Of a stretch of DNA of 64,000 nt, positions 1-13,292 are shown one piece after another. The notes beneath the pieces were generated by a model, which was not told the origin of the DNA, ran no database searches, and saw only the letters and a program-made list of their open reading frames with translations. The position numbers and the translations under genes are program-made. The DNA comes from Tubulanus polymorphus (Eukaryota; Animalia; Nemertea), in the NCBI RefSeq assembly GCF_964204645.1, contig NC_134033.1:5914231-5978230 (forward strand), written 5' to 3'. Every line of letters begins with the position of its first letter. The stretch's first letter is position 1.

Positions 1-3000
1 GGATAATCTGGTGAAGAGTCTGGTTAGCAAGGCCTCCGGTCACGTGGCTCGCCCTCTTATTGTGTATGTGATAGACGGAGTCAGGCGGATGTCACTACAG
101 GTAGGCGTCGATTATCAATCGAACCCAGTCACAGTCGTGGGGGTTGTGTTCATTGTAGAGTCGAATGAGTGAGAATTCATTCATATGTCGAATTTAACAG
201 AAACCCGTTGAAACGGCTGCTTGGTTTTAATCTATTTTCTTTGAAACAATGCATGCCTTCTAGTAGATAAATGGGTATCTATTGTAGATTATGATTTTAT
301 TCATACGAAAAATGAAAAAAAAATATAATAAGATCCCAATCACAAGAACGATGGGGAACGACAACGTAACGATAGGGAAGCAATTACATTACGCGCACTC
401 AACGTGATCGAACCGGGATCGCACGTTGCACCCAACCGATACACTGAAAGTCGATTCAGTTACAGCAACCATTCGGCAATAGTTATAGAGCTCGTCATAT
501 ATTCGTGCCAATTCAGTTTTAGCCAACGAATGTGGTACCAGATTCAGTGGCCAGACTAATCGAATTCACGATCGGTCACGTTCCCTGTAATAAAACTATA
601 CATATGCCGAATAATTTTAGGTCTGTCCTCTATTTTAGGACAGAGAAATGATAAAATGGCTGCTCGACGAGTCGGAAATCAAAGTAAAATTCGTCTTCTC
701 AAAGTGCGATATATCTCGTAAAAACGTAGAAATGGACACACCCGACGGCTATAACGTCGACGAAGAGCGTGGTAAGAAATTCGACTGTCTTAAGAACGAC
801 ATCGAACTCTTGTATAAACAAATGAAAGACGATTTGATGTATATACCGAACGAAGCTGGCGAGGGAGTCGGCGATGTGAAACTGGACGAATCGAGATGGT
901 GCAGTTGCGTGTCGGCCCTAAACTATAAACGAGCCAAGAGAAAGAAAGGACCTGGTGCTGCGATGGACGAATGGTTTATCCGTCAGTACGACCGCATGGT
1001 CAGGAATATAGTCACCATCTTGGTGGAGAATATTTCCGAGCAGATACTGTGCATATACGAGGACGCCATGTCTCCGTTGCATCGATGTTTGAATTTCGTT
1101 CGCAACGAAAATTCGATCTTGGCCGAGAATGAACGAGCGAACGTCGAATCGGAAAACGTCGAACAAAATGTCCGTCATAGAATATCGAAAAAATTCGCCA
1201 TTTTCGACGAGAACTGTTCGACTCTGTTGATTTTGCAAAGCGCGTTCACGACTCTGGTCCGAGTTTGGTCAGCGAAGTATATAACCTCTAGTTCAAACAC
1301 GTTGAAGTTGATTTTGTCGAAATTGAATCCTCAAATCGTCGAACTAACTAGAACATGGTTTCCGCACAATGAAAACTGCAACAAGGACAAACTAATACTG
1401 ATGTACCTGTCGATACTAGATACGCTGTTAGGCTACATCAAACGGGAAATGCAACGAATGCTACAGTACAATTTAGTATGTTTAGTTGTTGAAATATGTG
1501 AGGAAGGTGGACAGACTACGGCAGATGAATTTGCAGCTAGTTATGGGCTGTTACTGGCGACGTCGCCGCTACAGAAATTCCAACAGAAGTGCGTGGACAC
1601 AGTTTGGAAAACAACCGAGAAATACTTTCAAAAACTTGTGCGATCTGAACTAATGAAGAACATGTTGGAAAGGTAATTATGATTTTCTTTCTTAAATGAA
1701 CCATTTTGTTATCTGCTCAGAATGATGACAGGTTTCTATTTACCACGCTTGACTGGTCACCACTAGTTAAATGCATTGCCCAGACAATACTTACAAATTT
1801 TGGACTCATACATTGTCGGTCGTTTGCTGCATTGTTCAGAGATATTGATGGCCTAGGGTTGCTGGAGAGCTATCTTTATGGTAACTGTAGTTGGAGCCAT
1901 ACTTTTGGCCATATCAATGCAAAACCTTTGCCTCTCTTGAAAAGATCTCCCCTGTCAATTACAGTCGTTTTTTATCTGAATGAATATTTGAGCAGGGTTC
2001 ATTCGATAGCTAAGAATCTGGAACAAATGAAAGTGGCAATGCTTGAGGAACTAATTCATATATTTCCGAAACAAATCCTACCTGAGCTCGGTAAACAACT
2101 GTGCGACGCGTGTGCACTGGTGCTATCAGAAACTCACGACGAATTCAACGCATGTTTACAAAGGTATTTCTCGAATTCGTCATTGAGAATTCATTGTATT
2201 TGTTTTTATTTCATCATCTTTATTTCTAAATGAATTACAATTGAATATTACAAGTATAAATAAACTCGGAGAGTGTTACAATATCTATCATTGCATACAA
2301 AATATGATTCTAACACAACAGCAATGACACCTACGTAGAAAAGCCGAAGCTCGAATATTGAAGGCACATTCACAAAGCAAAAAAGAGACAATTCTAACCA
2401 GAAAAAAAGACTCAAAAATACAACTGACTTTCGTCGAGGAATCTATATATTTCAACGTTTAACTTTGATTTTAAGGCAGAGGTATTTGAGAAGCGCGTCG
2501 GTATGTGGACTATCAACGATATTCTTGGGACAAGTGAATGAAGACCATTTGGTTGAGATGGAGGTTTTTGCACAAGCTAGTATCAACTCGGTCATATTCG
2601 GCGATGTAACTGTACGTAACGGCGTCCTTTGTTTCAAAAATCACACGTATACTGGGATTGCATTTGATGTATGTCTATTCCAGTTAGGACCAGTGATCCA
2701 CGACGAGCCTCGCACCTACAATATCGAACGTGCCAATTCTAAGAACCCTAAATCAATAATGGCATTTGTACTTCAGAAAGATGACGTCACGAGGTAAACA
2801 AATATGATTTGCGAACCTTAATATAATATATAGAATTTGTATCAGTCGGGGCCCAATACAAGCCCGAATTCACCAAGAAACCAGTGGTTGTTCTACTTGG
2901 CCAGTATCCGCCAATGCTGTGAATCGATTCATAAACAACCCACGTGTTAGATCTAGTAGTTAGACGTCACTATAGTTGTGGGGTTCATCACGGGTCATTA

Positions 3001-4159
3001 CGGCAAAGCGTGTAGTTACCCTAAGTAACATTGGCTACTGCAATCAATAAATAATGTCAGCCCCTAGAAATTAAACTAACCGCCTATTGCAATCTTTGGG
3101 TCCCATTAGAGTGCTTATCAGTGTTTGTTGATTTTAGGGCGGCTCCCAGAATTAACTTCTCACTCGATTCCGCTGAGAAGAGCTCACTGCCCCTCACCCA
3201 AAACAAAATGGAAAACTTCATGGCACGTACTTCACCCCGGAAACGGAAATTGTCGAATTGGAGGCAGAGAGTTAAAAACCTTCAAAAAACCTGGTAATAT
3301 ATTACTGTATTCGCAAGTAATAAGTTATAGAAAAGCTGAAATTTTTTTTACCTAGAATGTTGTCATGCATTTTAGTAAGATCTGTCCAATAGAACATGGA
3401 AATGTGTTGAAGGTATATAACTTCGTGATGCCCAGTTATAGCGAATTGTGGATAGTGGTTGAGCGATGTCAGTGTAACCTTGCGACATACCTCTCAACTC
3501 ATCACCCGTCACTGCTCACTCGATATACTGTAGCGTTAGGAATTGCTGAGGGTTTTGGCGCCTTGGAGAAAGCGGGAAGTCAATTTCAGGGCTGTTCAGC
3601 TGCTGATATTTGGGTAAGTTCAATCAACCCTGCAAGTTTCAACCATCATGATTGATTAGTTTACACTTGTCAACCTTCCCGAATGGAAGCGTCAACTATT
3701 ATGATTGGTTGGTTCGCAATGTCTGTTAATTGGACGAATTAACGTGGACCATGTCATGTGATATTTAACTGCATTCTTATATTACATCCACAGATTAAAG
3801 AGATGTCGTCTAGTGGCGAGATTGAACACGAGGAACATATCAAAATCTGTCGTTTGGGTGAAAAGGAGAAACCAATCGGCAGGACGATGTCGGAATGTGA
3901 TATTTCATTTAAGAAATCCGGCCAGGGATTACAGCGCTCTAGCTCCACCAGGCGGAGAAGAATGAAACTAGACTATACATCGCAGTTGCTAGGCGACTGT
4001 TTTTGCGATCTCCTCGATATCATATTCCCATCAGCTGATTCTCGACTGCCAGCGCCATCTATACCAGCGCATATCGTAGCGATAGTGGGCTCTTTCAGAC
4101 AATATAAGATAACGTTAGAAGAAGCGTCGATGAAGATTAGAGAAATAAAAGACAAATAA
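1..4159 (+). CDS. 3' part of a multi-exon host gene: dynamin-like GTPase region plus C-terminal pseudokinase (DSTYK-like architecture). Inferred exons <1-100, 639-1672, 1732-2163, 2476-2793, 3138-3293, 3376-3613, 3794-4159
   Basis: Phase-consistent GT-AG introns join the ORFs. LIVYVIDG...FVFSKCD resembles dynamin-family GTPase strands and the G4 motif. HGNVLKVYNFV..LWIVVERCQCNL..ALGIAEG matches kinase subdomains IV-VIa, with HRD replaced by FQG and DFG by RLG. Confidence 0.6.
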
Positions 4160-7100
4160 CTGTCAAAAACCTTTTATTGATCGAATTTATTTAAGTTTCA
4201 AGCCTTATAGGTCGGTGCCATTTTACACAAGACTTTTAATTCGATGAATACCACATATAATGAAAATCCAGGTACGAAGAAAAACGCCTCAATTTCTATG
4301 AATCAAAGAGGACTATTTTTAATAAATAATCAGTACAATATGTGAACTTAGTGTTGCAATTTTAGAGGGGTTGGTTAGTGAGGGCACACCTAATCATGAC
4401 CTAGTAGTAAAGCTATATGAATTTGAATTGGTGAATTTGTATGAGTAAGTTCAATTAAGATTGTCACTGTGGATGGCCATAGATTAATTTTAGCCCAAAT
4501 TGTACTTTAAATCCAGCAGGGGCATTGCGTTCAGTTTTAATCCGTCGTCCGTCCGTCCGTCCGTGGACGAAATCAAGTTAATTTGGATAAGTATTGAAGA
4601 TCAAAAGCTCACATCATCCGTTCTATGATAATGGGGGTTTTAAGATCGTTGGCTATTGTATATGTTTACCACAGGGGGTGTTGAATTGGAGTCGTCCGAT
4701 TGAAAAGCATTATACTATGTGGGCATGGTATCCCAGATGGATCCTAGTTTAAAAGGTAAATGCCACCAAATCCAAAGAATGCTGTTTTGTATAATACATC
4801 TTTTACCTTGTCTTACATCTTTTAGTAATGTGTTGAATATTTATTCTAACCCATATCGACTTTAGAATGCTGTAAAAAAACAATTTGAAGTGAGCCCATT
4901 TGCAACTAGTATTCTCCACTGCACTGGTGATTGCGAAATCGAAATCGAATAATGACGTCATCATTGGCAAATTCCATGAATTCATCTAAATATAGGATAT
5001 TTCATTTTGGCACTATACAATATCGGATACGGATCGGATACAATGACAATAAAATCGGAAATAGAAAGGTTGTGATTGATATTAAGAGCTTATAGGCAAC
5101 GGTTCGGTGTCAACACCAAAATAGTATCGCATTTAGAAATCAAATAAACTTGCTACATCAGTACACTATAACCCTAGTAACCAATATTGATCTACTGGAA
5201 CATGTTATGAATAGTCATATCAGTAAAGTGGTAAGACTGATTTCGACGAAACGTTGTATGCTTTATAGTAGGGCTCTCTTAACTTTGACACCTTTTTTTA
5301 ATGGCAAATGCTTACCAAACGTTATTGCCATAGTCATGTATATGTGGATGGTCGTAGGTGTAGGTTCATTTTTGTATGCATATAACGCAATCTTGTCACT
5401 TTATAATTAATAACTGTAATATCCGTGTTAATTATATTAACTATGTATGGAGCAATAATGTTTGGACATTTTGAGGCGTGGTGAATTTACCAGATACTGT
5501 TAAAATCTCGTCTTAGTGGTTTGTTTACTTCGTCGGATACCGCACTACTTTAAAGAGGAAACATTTTGGTATATCTTGATTATATTCAAATGGTTACAGT
5601 TATGACGATGAAGATGATAATAACAATGTTTATACATGAATTTAGTTGGAATCGAGTAAAAACTGAAAAAAACTGATAATGTGTGTTTACGGGGCACTTT
5701 GTATTAACCGTATAGCAGCTGTATGACGTCACACGCATAGCAAATAGTTAGCAAAAATTCGCGCACCTGTAATTCATTTTTCAAACAATATACATTGATT
5801 CAAGTTCGGTGTTTATCGAAAAGTTAACATTTAGTATTGGTATGTGGGTTAGTTATCTTTTGGAACTCGTAACCTGCTTGTATCATATTCTCACTCCCTG
5901 CTGTGGGGACAAACTGCAGAAATATATAGATATGGGAAAAAACGGGACCGCAGTATGCTTGCACAAAGGAGCGATAACCACAATGACTTTCCAGTTTTTT
6001 TTTTCTTTTTGATTCCCCTACACTAAGAAACTCCACCAAACAGCACAGCTGGCCTTACCAACTCAACCAAAGCCAAACTGACTTCTTCCGTCAGTCCCCA
6101 GCGCTACGTAGTGAGAATAGTATAATATTCTCATTCCCTGTTGTGCGGACATACTACAGAAATGTATAGATACGGGAAAAAACCGGGGCCTAACAAGCGA
6201 TGGCCCCAAATACTTCGAAAAGGCATCGCAAAACCCCCAAAACTAACATGCCAAAACCCAAACACAAACAATAAAGCCGAATTGAACAAAAGATTAAACG
6301 GCAAGCGCAACGAAACAATACTGTTAACACATGTAAAAGCCCTACGGGACTAAACTTCCCTAAACGCTCGAGGAAAAATAACGTACAATGGTTTATAAGC
6401 ATCATCGGCAGCGGTAACGTGACCAGTGGGAAGGAAAAGCAACCCCTCAAAAGTTACCCAACGGTAATCACAAGCATCGCCAGAAAATAGAATCCACACC
6501 CTCAAAAGAGATCGTACCGTATCCCAAAGGCAACTTAAAAGGAGTATACTAAACCAACCCCCAGCATACATGACCGAAGCCATGACAACGGACACTAAGA
6601 GGCCCGCGGCAAGAGAGTTGAAAAAAGGACACGATAAAACAACAAATCTAAACTGATAGACGATCTAACTACCAGTGTAAACAACCGACGGGTTTAAGAC
6701 GCTCAAATCCTATGCAATCGGCTATTTCCACCTTGGAAAACGGTAAAAGACATTGCTCATCATCAAGTAAGACGCATGGAATACAAGGGCAAATGCAAAA
6801 AGAAGCTGACCAGCCATAAACAGAACTAAGAACGTGAAAATCTGAGTAGTCAAAAGGCGGCGTAAAACATGAAACATAAAACATCGCATACAACTAAAAT
6901 GTAGGGTACTTGTCACGCATCTCGCACGAACTAAAACTAAAGCAAACTAAATCACGCGAGTGCGACTAAACTCTCCATGGAGATGAAAATGCGCTAAATA
7001 AAATAGCCGAAACAGATCAGAAAACCGAAAAAATAGAAGAACTCCCAATTCATTAATACTCTTTACTTTTATTTGTTTTTAATTTTTAAAACGCAACGAT

Positions 7101-7283
7101 TCGTCCATTCTTTTATCACACACACAGCAGACTCCGGGGCGCACATCCCTTCAGCCCACGCACAGCAGGCAACAGGACACAGTCCCGGAGGCACACAGAC
7201 TCTAGTCCACACACAGTAGACTCCGGGTACACAGCGAGAAAGTTGCCGTCACTACGCTTGTACGGGCAGTAGTAGAAAAATAC

Positions 7284-7902
7284 TGTGAAAAGCGGGTTGC
7301 CCGTGTACTCTTATGAGAGCACTTGCGGCTCCTGTCGTAAGTTCGAACTCCCGATTAACTCGATGGAAAAAAGATGGTCGAAGGCTTCCAAGGCGGCGGG
7401 ATAACACGCCCTAAGTGATCCTGAAGAAGAAGAAGGAATAAACAAATTATCAATAGTCTCTCTAAAGATATAATTTATTTCTTCACAATTGATCTCTCAA
7501 ACATGGCGGTCACTGATCATCTCCCATATAAACATTAAAACCATTTTATAAGTCACATTGACTTACAATACATAGCACCAATTCAATTATGACTTAACAT
7601 TTACACAGACTAGAGATAGCCATATTGAATTTGCCAATACAAGAATCGGATTATTCAACTTTAAAAGTCCCGACAAAATTACCAAAGTGATAAATTTTCT
7701 AAATAATAAGGTGGACAAATGCAAGATAGAATTCACGAATAAGAATAAATAATTCTCACCTGAAGAAGAAGGAATAAACAAATTATCAATAGTCTCTGTA
7801 AACATATAATTTATTTCTTCACAATTGATCTCTCAAACATGGCGGTCACTGATCATCTGACAACCAGGTTTGAGCGATGAAAACTAAGGAAAGCTAAATA
7901 CC
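7284..7902 (-). repeat. 3' LTR of the Gypsy element (inner boundary uncertain)
   Basis: Starts TGTGA and aligns with 31455-32135. Contains an internal ~95-bp duplication (gaagaaggaataaacaaattatcaatagtctc...). Confidence 0.7.
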
Positions 7903-8317
7903 GAAAGGAACTGGTCGAATGCGACCCCAAACACTTTTAGATCCCTACATCTCCATAACATCCACAAACTCAGAACATACATAATTGAATATGACGAGCA
8001 AACTGAGGAACATATCTGAGGAACATAAAATCCCCATCACATGAAAAATAACAGAATACTACATCAATACCTCAAATAAATACAAACACACGAAATTTAC
8101 AAACAACGATATTAATACATGTAGGATGAATCAACAATCCTTCCTCAGCCAAGGAAAAGTCTGTCCTCAGATGGCAACAAACGTGATTCAAAAAGATATA
8201 TGTATGTATTGTATGCTTTTACTATTTTTTTTGTTTTGATTTTAATTAATGACCGACTACATGTATGAAATTCATAAAATCTCAAAACTCTTTCAGATCT
8301 CAAATACCAGAACTTAC

Positions 8318-10579
8318 TTAACCTGAATCGCGATGACGTAACAGAAGAGCCAGATTCAACCATGCTGGAGGACGTCGTTCCCTCCTACTTCGTTGCAGGC
8401 CAACTTCCTCGACTACTTCATTGTCCCCAAAATCGGTTTCTTCCTCACGACCTACTATAATTGCATTGTCTTCAATTACATCATCAGTACGATTTTCAAT
8501 GTCACTGTGCCATTTTCCAGATAATTGAACCCTTCGAATGCATGGGTCATCTTCCTGTAATTCCACAGATTCATGCTGTCCGATCTCAAGGTCAATCTCA
8601 TTGCTGCCTTCATCACCGGGATCTTCATCCACTCTGTTGGCTTTGTAAATAGCTGAGATAACGTCAGAGTTGTACAATCGAGATAAGGTGTCGGCATCGA
8701 TGTTCTTTGAGCCGCTGCGGTACTCAATTTCGAGACCATACGTAGAAATAGACTGTAACCATCTATGAGCGGTGGCATCCAACTTTGCAGTCTTCAAGAC
8801 ATACGTGAGAGGATTATTATCTGTCTTCACATGAACCTTGCTAACGTAAACATAATCATGAAATTTATCTAAGGCACATTTGAGGGCAAGAAATTTCAGC
8901 TTGTGTACCTCGTAATTCCGTTCTGCTTTATTCAAGGTTCGACTGGCGTACGCAATGACGTGTAACTTCTCGTCCCCTAGGCGTCGCTGATAAAGTACTG
9001 CACCTAGGCCTTGTCTCGAAGCGTCGGTGTGTAATTCGAATTCTCGAGAATAGTCGGCAAAGGCTAAGACTGGAGGAGTGACCAATGCTTCCTTCAGCAG
9101 TTCGAATGCCTTCTGACAGTCTTCTGTCCAGTTTACCGGCGAGTTCTTGTTTTCTTTGCCAGTACATCCAACCAAAAGTTCCGTAAGTGGTTTGGCAACC
9201 TGGGCGTAACCCCTGATGAACTTCCTATAATAGCTGGAAAAGCCAAGGAAACTCCGAACTTCAGCAATGGTCTCAATTTTGGAGGGATCCGGCTCAATCC
9301 CGGCAGCCGATACTTTATGGCCAAGATGGATCATACTTTCGAGTCCAAATGCGCACTTGGATGGCTTCAACTTAAGACCAGCGATGTACAAGCGTTCAAA
9401 CACCTCTTCAAGCTTGGTGATGTATTAATCGAAGTAAACGGCGTGTACGCTTATGTCGTCAATGTATACGCAGCTTCCTTTCAGGTTTAAATCTCCAAGA
9501 CACCGCTCCATAAGCCTTTGGAAGGTTGATGGCGAATTCGTGGGGCCGAAAGGCAGTACGTTGAACTCATAAAAGCCGAAACCTGGGCCTACATTAAATG
9601 CCGTCTTTTTGCGGTCCTGCTCTGCCACCTCTACTTGCCAGTAGCCACTCCCCAAGTCGAGGCTGGCAAAGTAACGGGCACCTGCCATGCTGTCAATGAG
9701 TTCATCAATACGTGGAAGCGGAAATTGGTCACGAATAGTTCGAGCATTCAGGGTCCTGTAGTCTATGCAGAAACGGTTTTCTCCATTCTTTTTCCTGACG
9801 AGTACAATCGGAGATGCAAATGGTGAATGAGAATGCCGAATTATCATCCCGGGCGGAACTCGACGATACCGTTCTCTGAAAGGAGTACTGTCGGACATCC
9901 CATGCCGCAAGACATTGGTCCTACCCATATGCAGGTCACCGATCGCAAAAACCTTTCTCCATTTGACGAGGACCTCCTTCTGAATCTTCAATTCATCGCT
10001 GGTGAGCCCAGTTGACTTCTCAAATGCGAACAAATTCAAGAAATCATCGTCTGATATATCTGGGGAGTTGTGATCCAGACAAGTGTTATTGCACACAGGA
10101 TGAACAGATGTGCCATTCTGCAAGGAACATAAAACAGCCTTCGATGGAATGGTCACTGAGCGAGTATCTATATTTCTGATGATAACACTCCCTGCTGGAC
10201 TGAGTCAAACTTAAATTACTTACCGAAGGTACCAATAAAAGATTACCGGGAATATTACTTCCTTCATCACACGTAATAATTTGCTATCCTGTGTCTGTTC
10301 TCTTACATCTTCGAATGCCATGGATGACCATCTGCGAATTTGGCGGAATAACTACTGCTTTGGTACACCGAACGATATCCAATTGCTGGTTATCAGCTGA
10401 AAAATTCCTAGTGCACTGCCAAATCGACGGTAAATTTCAAGATCTCGTATCTCCAGAAGAACATTCATACCGAGCAAAACTGGAACTCTCTGGTGATATG
10501 GGGTATCCAGTACTACAAGGCAGAAGATAGAAACGCTGGCATCTACTATTCCAAGGCTCAGCTCAATGCATCCAATATA
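8318..10579 (-). pseudogene. pol: Gypsy pol: end of protease, reverse transcriptase and RNase H; integrase core deleted
   Basis: SPFASPIVLVRKK..RFCIDYR, LDLGSGYWQV, YIDD, LHTDASRQGLGAVL, TDNNPL, DADTLSR. The sequence then jumps to the RSRRERRPP tail. Frameshifted. Confidence 0.93.
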
Positions 10580-10937
10580 AGTAATAGGGATAATAGGCTT
10601 TCATACCAAAGGTCGAAGGGTCGAGCTCGTAAAAATGAAAATAATAATAATTTACAGTTGAATTAGTCGCGCACACTCCTAATTCAACTATAAATTATTA
10701 TTATTTTCATTTTTTACTCACTCGCCCCTTCAACCTTTGATACGAAAGCCTATTATCCCTATTACTCTTAAAATATTCATATATATGAATAACATTTAAA
10801 TCATTGAACTTCTAAAATCAATTTTAATAAAAAATATAGTATTAAAATGGAAGCAAATAAATACTACTGCCCAACATGTAATATCGATATAGACAAGTCT
10901 CAAAAAAAGCAAGACACAATAAAACTATAACACATTT
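10580..10937 (+). repeat. Left TIR; the first 187 bp form an imperfect palindrome
   Basis: Reverse complement of 28620-28975 apart from 2 substitutions and a 2-nt A-run indel. Confidence 0.95.
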
Positions 10938-11277
10938 GTTTTTAGTCTAGTTGGTTAAAGCAAAAACATTTATCGAATTAAGGAACTCAACACATAGTGA
11001 AAAATACGTTGAATCGTTATAAACACCCGATAATACTCAGCTATATAGTTGGTTGTATTAGCTCTAATAAACATATGTTACCAGCTTATATTTCAATTGT
11101 AAAGAGTTAATTAATTTCATTGATCTACATGCCTTTATTATTGATTTTTTTCAACTATATTTACAAGTCTCAACGCGTTGTGTATTATACATCATACGGC
11201 GGACGTTAGCGAATCACAAATCTCATAATTTACAAGTCTCAACGCGTTTTTTAGATGTTTCTGGACAATTAAGCTCT

Positions 11278-11382
11278 AACCAATCAAAAGTCTCATAATT
11301 CACAAGTCTCAACACACTTGTTCTAGATGTTTCTGAGCATAGAATAGTATAAATAGGCGCGCACATCAGACGCTTAACAGTC
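11278..11382 (+). promoter_or_regulatory. Putative RNA Pol II promoter: CCAAT box, TATA box and initiator-like site
   Basis: AACCAATCA at 11278-11286, TATAAATA at 11348-11355, ACAGTC about 30 nt downstream. Repeated caagtctcaac and tctcataa motifs nearby. Confidence 0.55.
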
Positions 11383-11969
11383 TACGGGTGAAAAGCAATT
11401 AGTTGCGTATACACACACAGAACGAAATACCAGCATATATCGATCGCTTTTCAACGGATATAGTCTCATAAACATTGTGTCATAACCAGGATATTCTCAT
11501 AAACGCTGTATCATAACAGTCTCATAAACACCACATCATATACAGTTTACAGTTCGCGAGTTAAATGTAAGTACAGTTTTTGTTTTTTAAAATCGCTAAA
11601 TATGAAACCTTTAAATATATTTATGTGTAGCAATTTATATTTTGATATATCTTTTAGATAACTGTGGAACTAGACCCAGAGTCAAATTAAACACACACAA
11701 ACTAGAGTTACCATAACAGCGTTTATTGCGTAATAACTAACAGTTTCCGGTTCTTGAAGTAAATGTAAGTACTGTTTTTTGTTGTTATTAAGAAGTCGGG
11801 AAAAGGGGTCACTAAATATAAAACCTTTAGTGTATTTAAGTAATTTCTATTTTACGTTAGATAAACCATTATAAGTTATAATAATTAGAAACGATAGACT
11901 TGAAAATATCATTTAATATCGTAGTTGCGGTTCCTCCATCATTACCACGTTATCTTTTAGATTACAAAA

Positions 11970-12816
11970 ATGTCGTATGGATACAAAAACTACAGAGAAA
12001 CTAAAGATCTATCTATGGAAGGAACAGAAGATTCTCATAATACTACTCTATCTGAGGAATCAACAATAATAAATCTTAAAACACAAGATACTCCTCTATC
12101 GGTGGACCTAACAGGAATAAATCTTGAAACTCAAGCGGTGGAATCAAACGCAATGGATATTGACCCAATAGAAATGGGTGAAGAAGCGCGAGAATCACAA
12201 GACGACAAAGGAACTATACAAGAAGTTCAAAAACATTTGGAATACTACAAAGAAATGACATCAATTTTAGAAAAAATTATAAAAAACAATCAATCTAGTG
12301 TGCCGCCGTTGCCGAAAAGACCAACAACCAATCTCGAAATATTATTAGGATTAAAAGTAGCAAAAACTAAAAAGAAACTGAGTGGAAAGGAGTTACACAA
12401 TTTTTTGAAATCAAAATTAACAAATGAAAAAGATGTAAGTTTTAAAGAAATAGAAGGAATAGTATCATTTGACGAAATAACTGTCTTATTAAAAAAAAAA
12501 TTATAGAATCTTGTTATTTAAAAAATCAAAACATTTATGGGACCATATTATTTTTGGGGATTATTTAAATAGGGGGTTTTCAATGTTTGATAAAGAAACT
12601 GAGGGGATTTCTTGGGGGGCTTGGGTTAAAAAATATATAAGAATTGGCGCTAGACACGATAGAAAATTAAGAAGCGTAGGTAGATTATTTAGATATAAAA
12701 AATTCCAATTATTAAATTTATCATTTGTTGAAATTATTAAATACTTACCGGAAATTGAAAAAATGTTAGAAAATAATTTAGAAATTAAGAAGTTTTGGTT
12801 GGGGGGGGGGTTATAA
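11970..12816 (+). pseudogene. Polinton accessory gene with a spliced 5' leader; single frameshift in the A-run at ~12490-12500
   Basis: The 178-aa and 101-aa ORFs abut across an A homopolymer. Upstream GTAAGT...TATCTTTTAG introns at 11567-11657 and 11765-11960. Confidence 0.6.
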
Positions 12817-13292
12817 ATTAAATGATGTACAGATTTACATAATATATTTACAAGTATGTTCGGTTGTTTCAATTTGTGTAATAGATATAATTGTAATTGA
12901 CGCATGCGTATTGAGAAGCGGCCACAAATGGCCGCTTTGTATTGCAAACTGATTCAATTTTGTAATGATTATATAATTGTGTTATTGTAACTGATGAAAT
13001 TTGTGTAATAATTATATAATTGTGTTATTGTAACTGGTGGAATTTGTGTAATAGAAATAATTATGATATTGCAACTGATGGAATTTGTGTAATAGATATA
13101 ATTATAATTGACGCATGCGTATTGAGAAGCGGCCACAAATGTCCGGCCGCTTGTATGATTTTGATATCAAGGATCCGAAATGATTTATCAACTACGGCGG
13201 CGAGGAATGAAAAAGAACAAGGAATTGAAAAGAGCAGCACATAGATTTCGAACAAAAATAAATCAGTTTTAGTAAAAAAATATGTATAATAA

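Noticed and set aside
5880-7260. Strand-skewed region with a duplicated ~70-bp block (5881 and 6121) and short minus-strand ORFs
   Set aside because: No recognisable protein motif; probably an old repeat remnant that I cannot classify.
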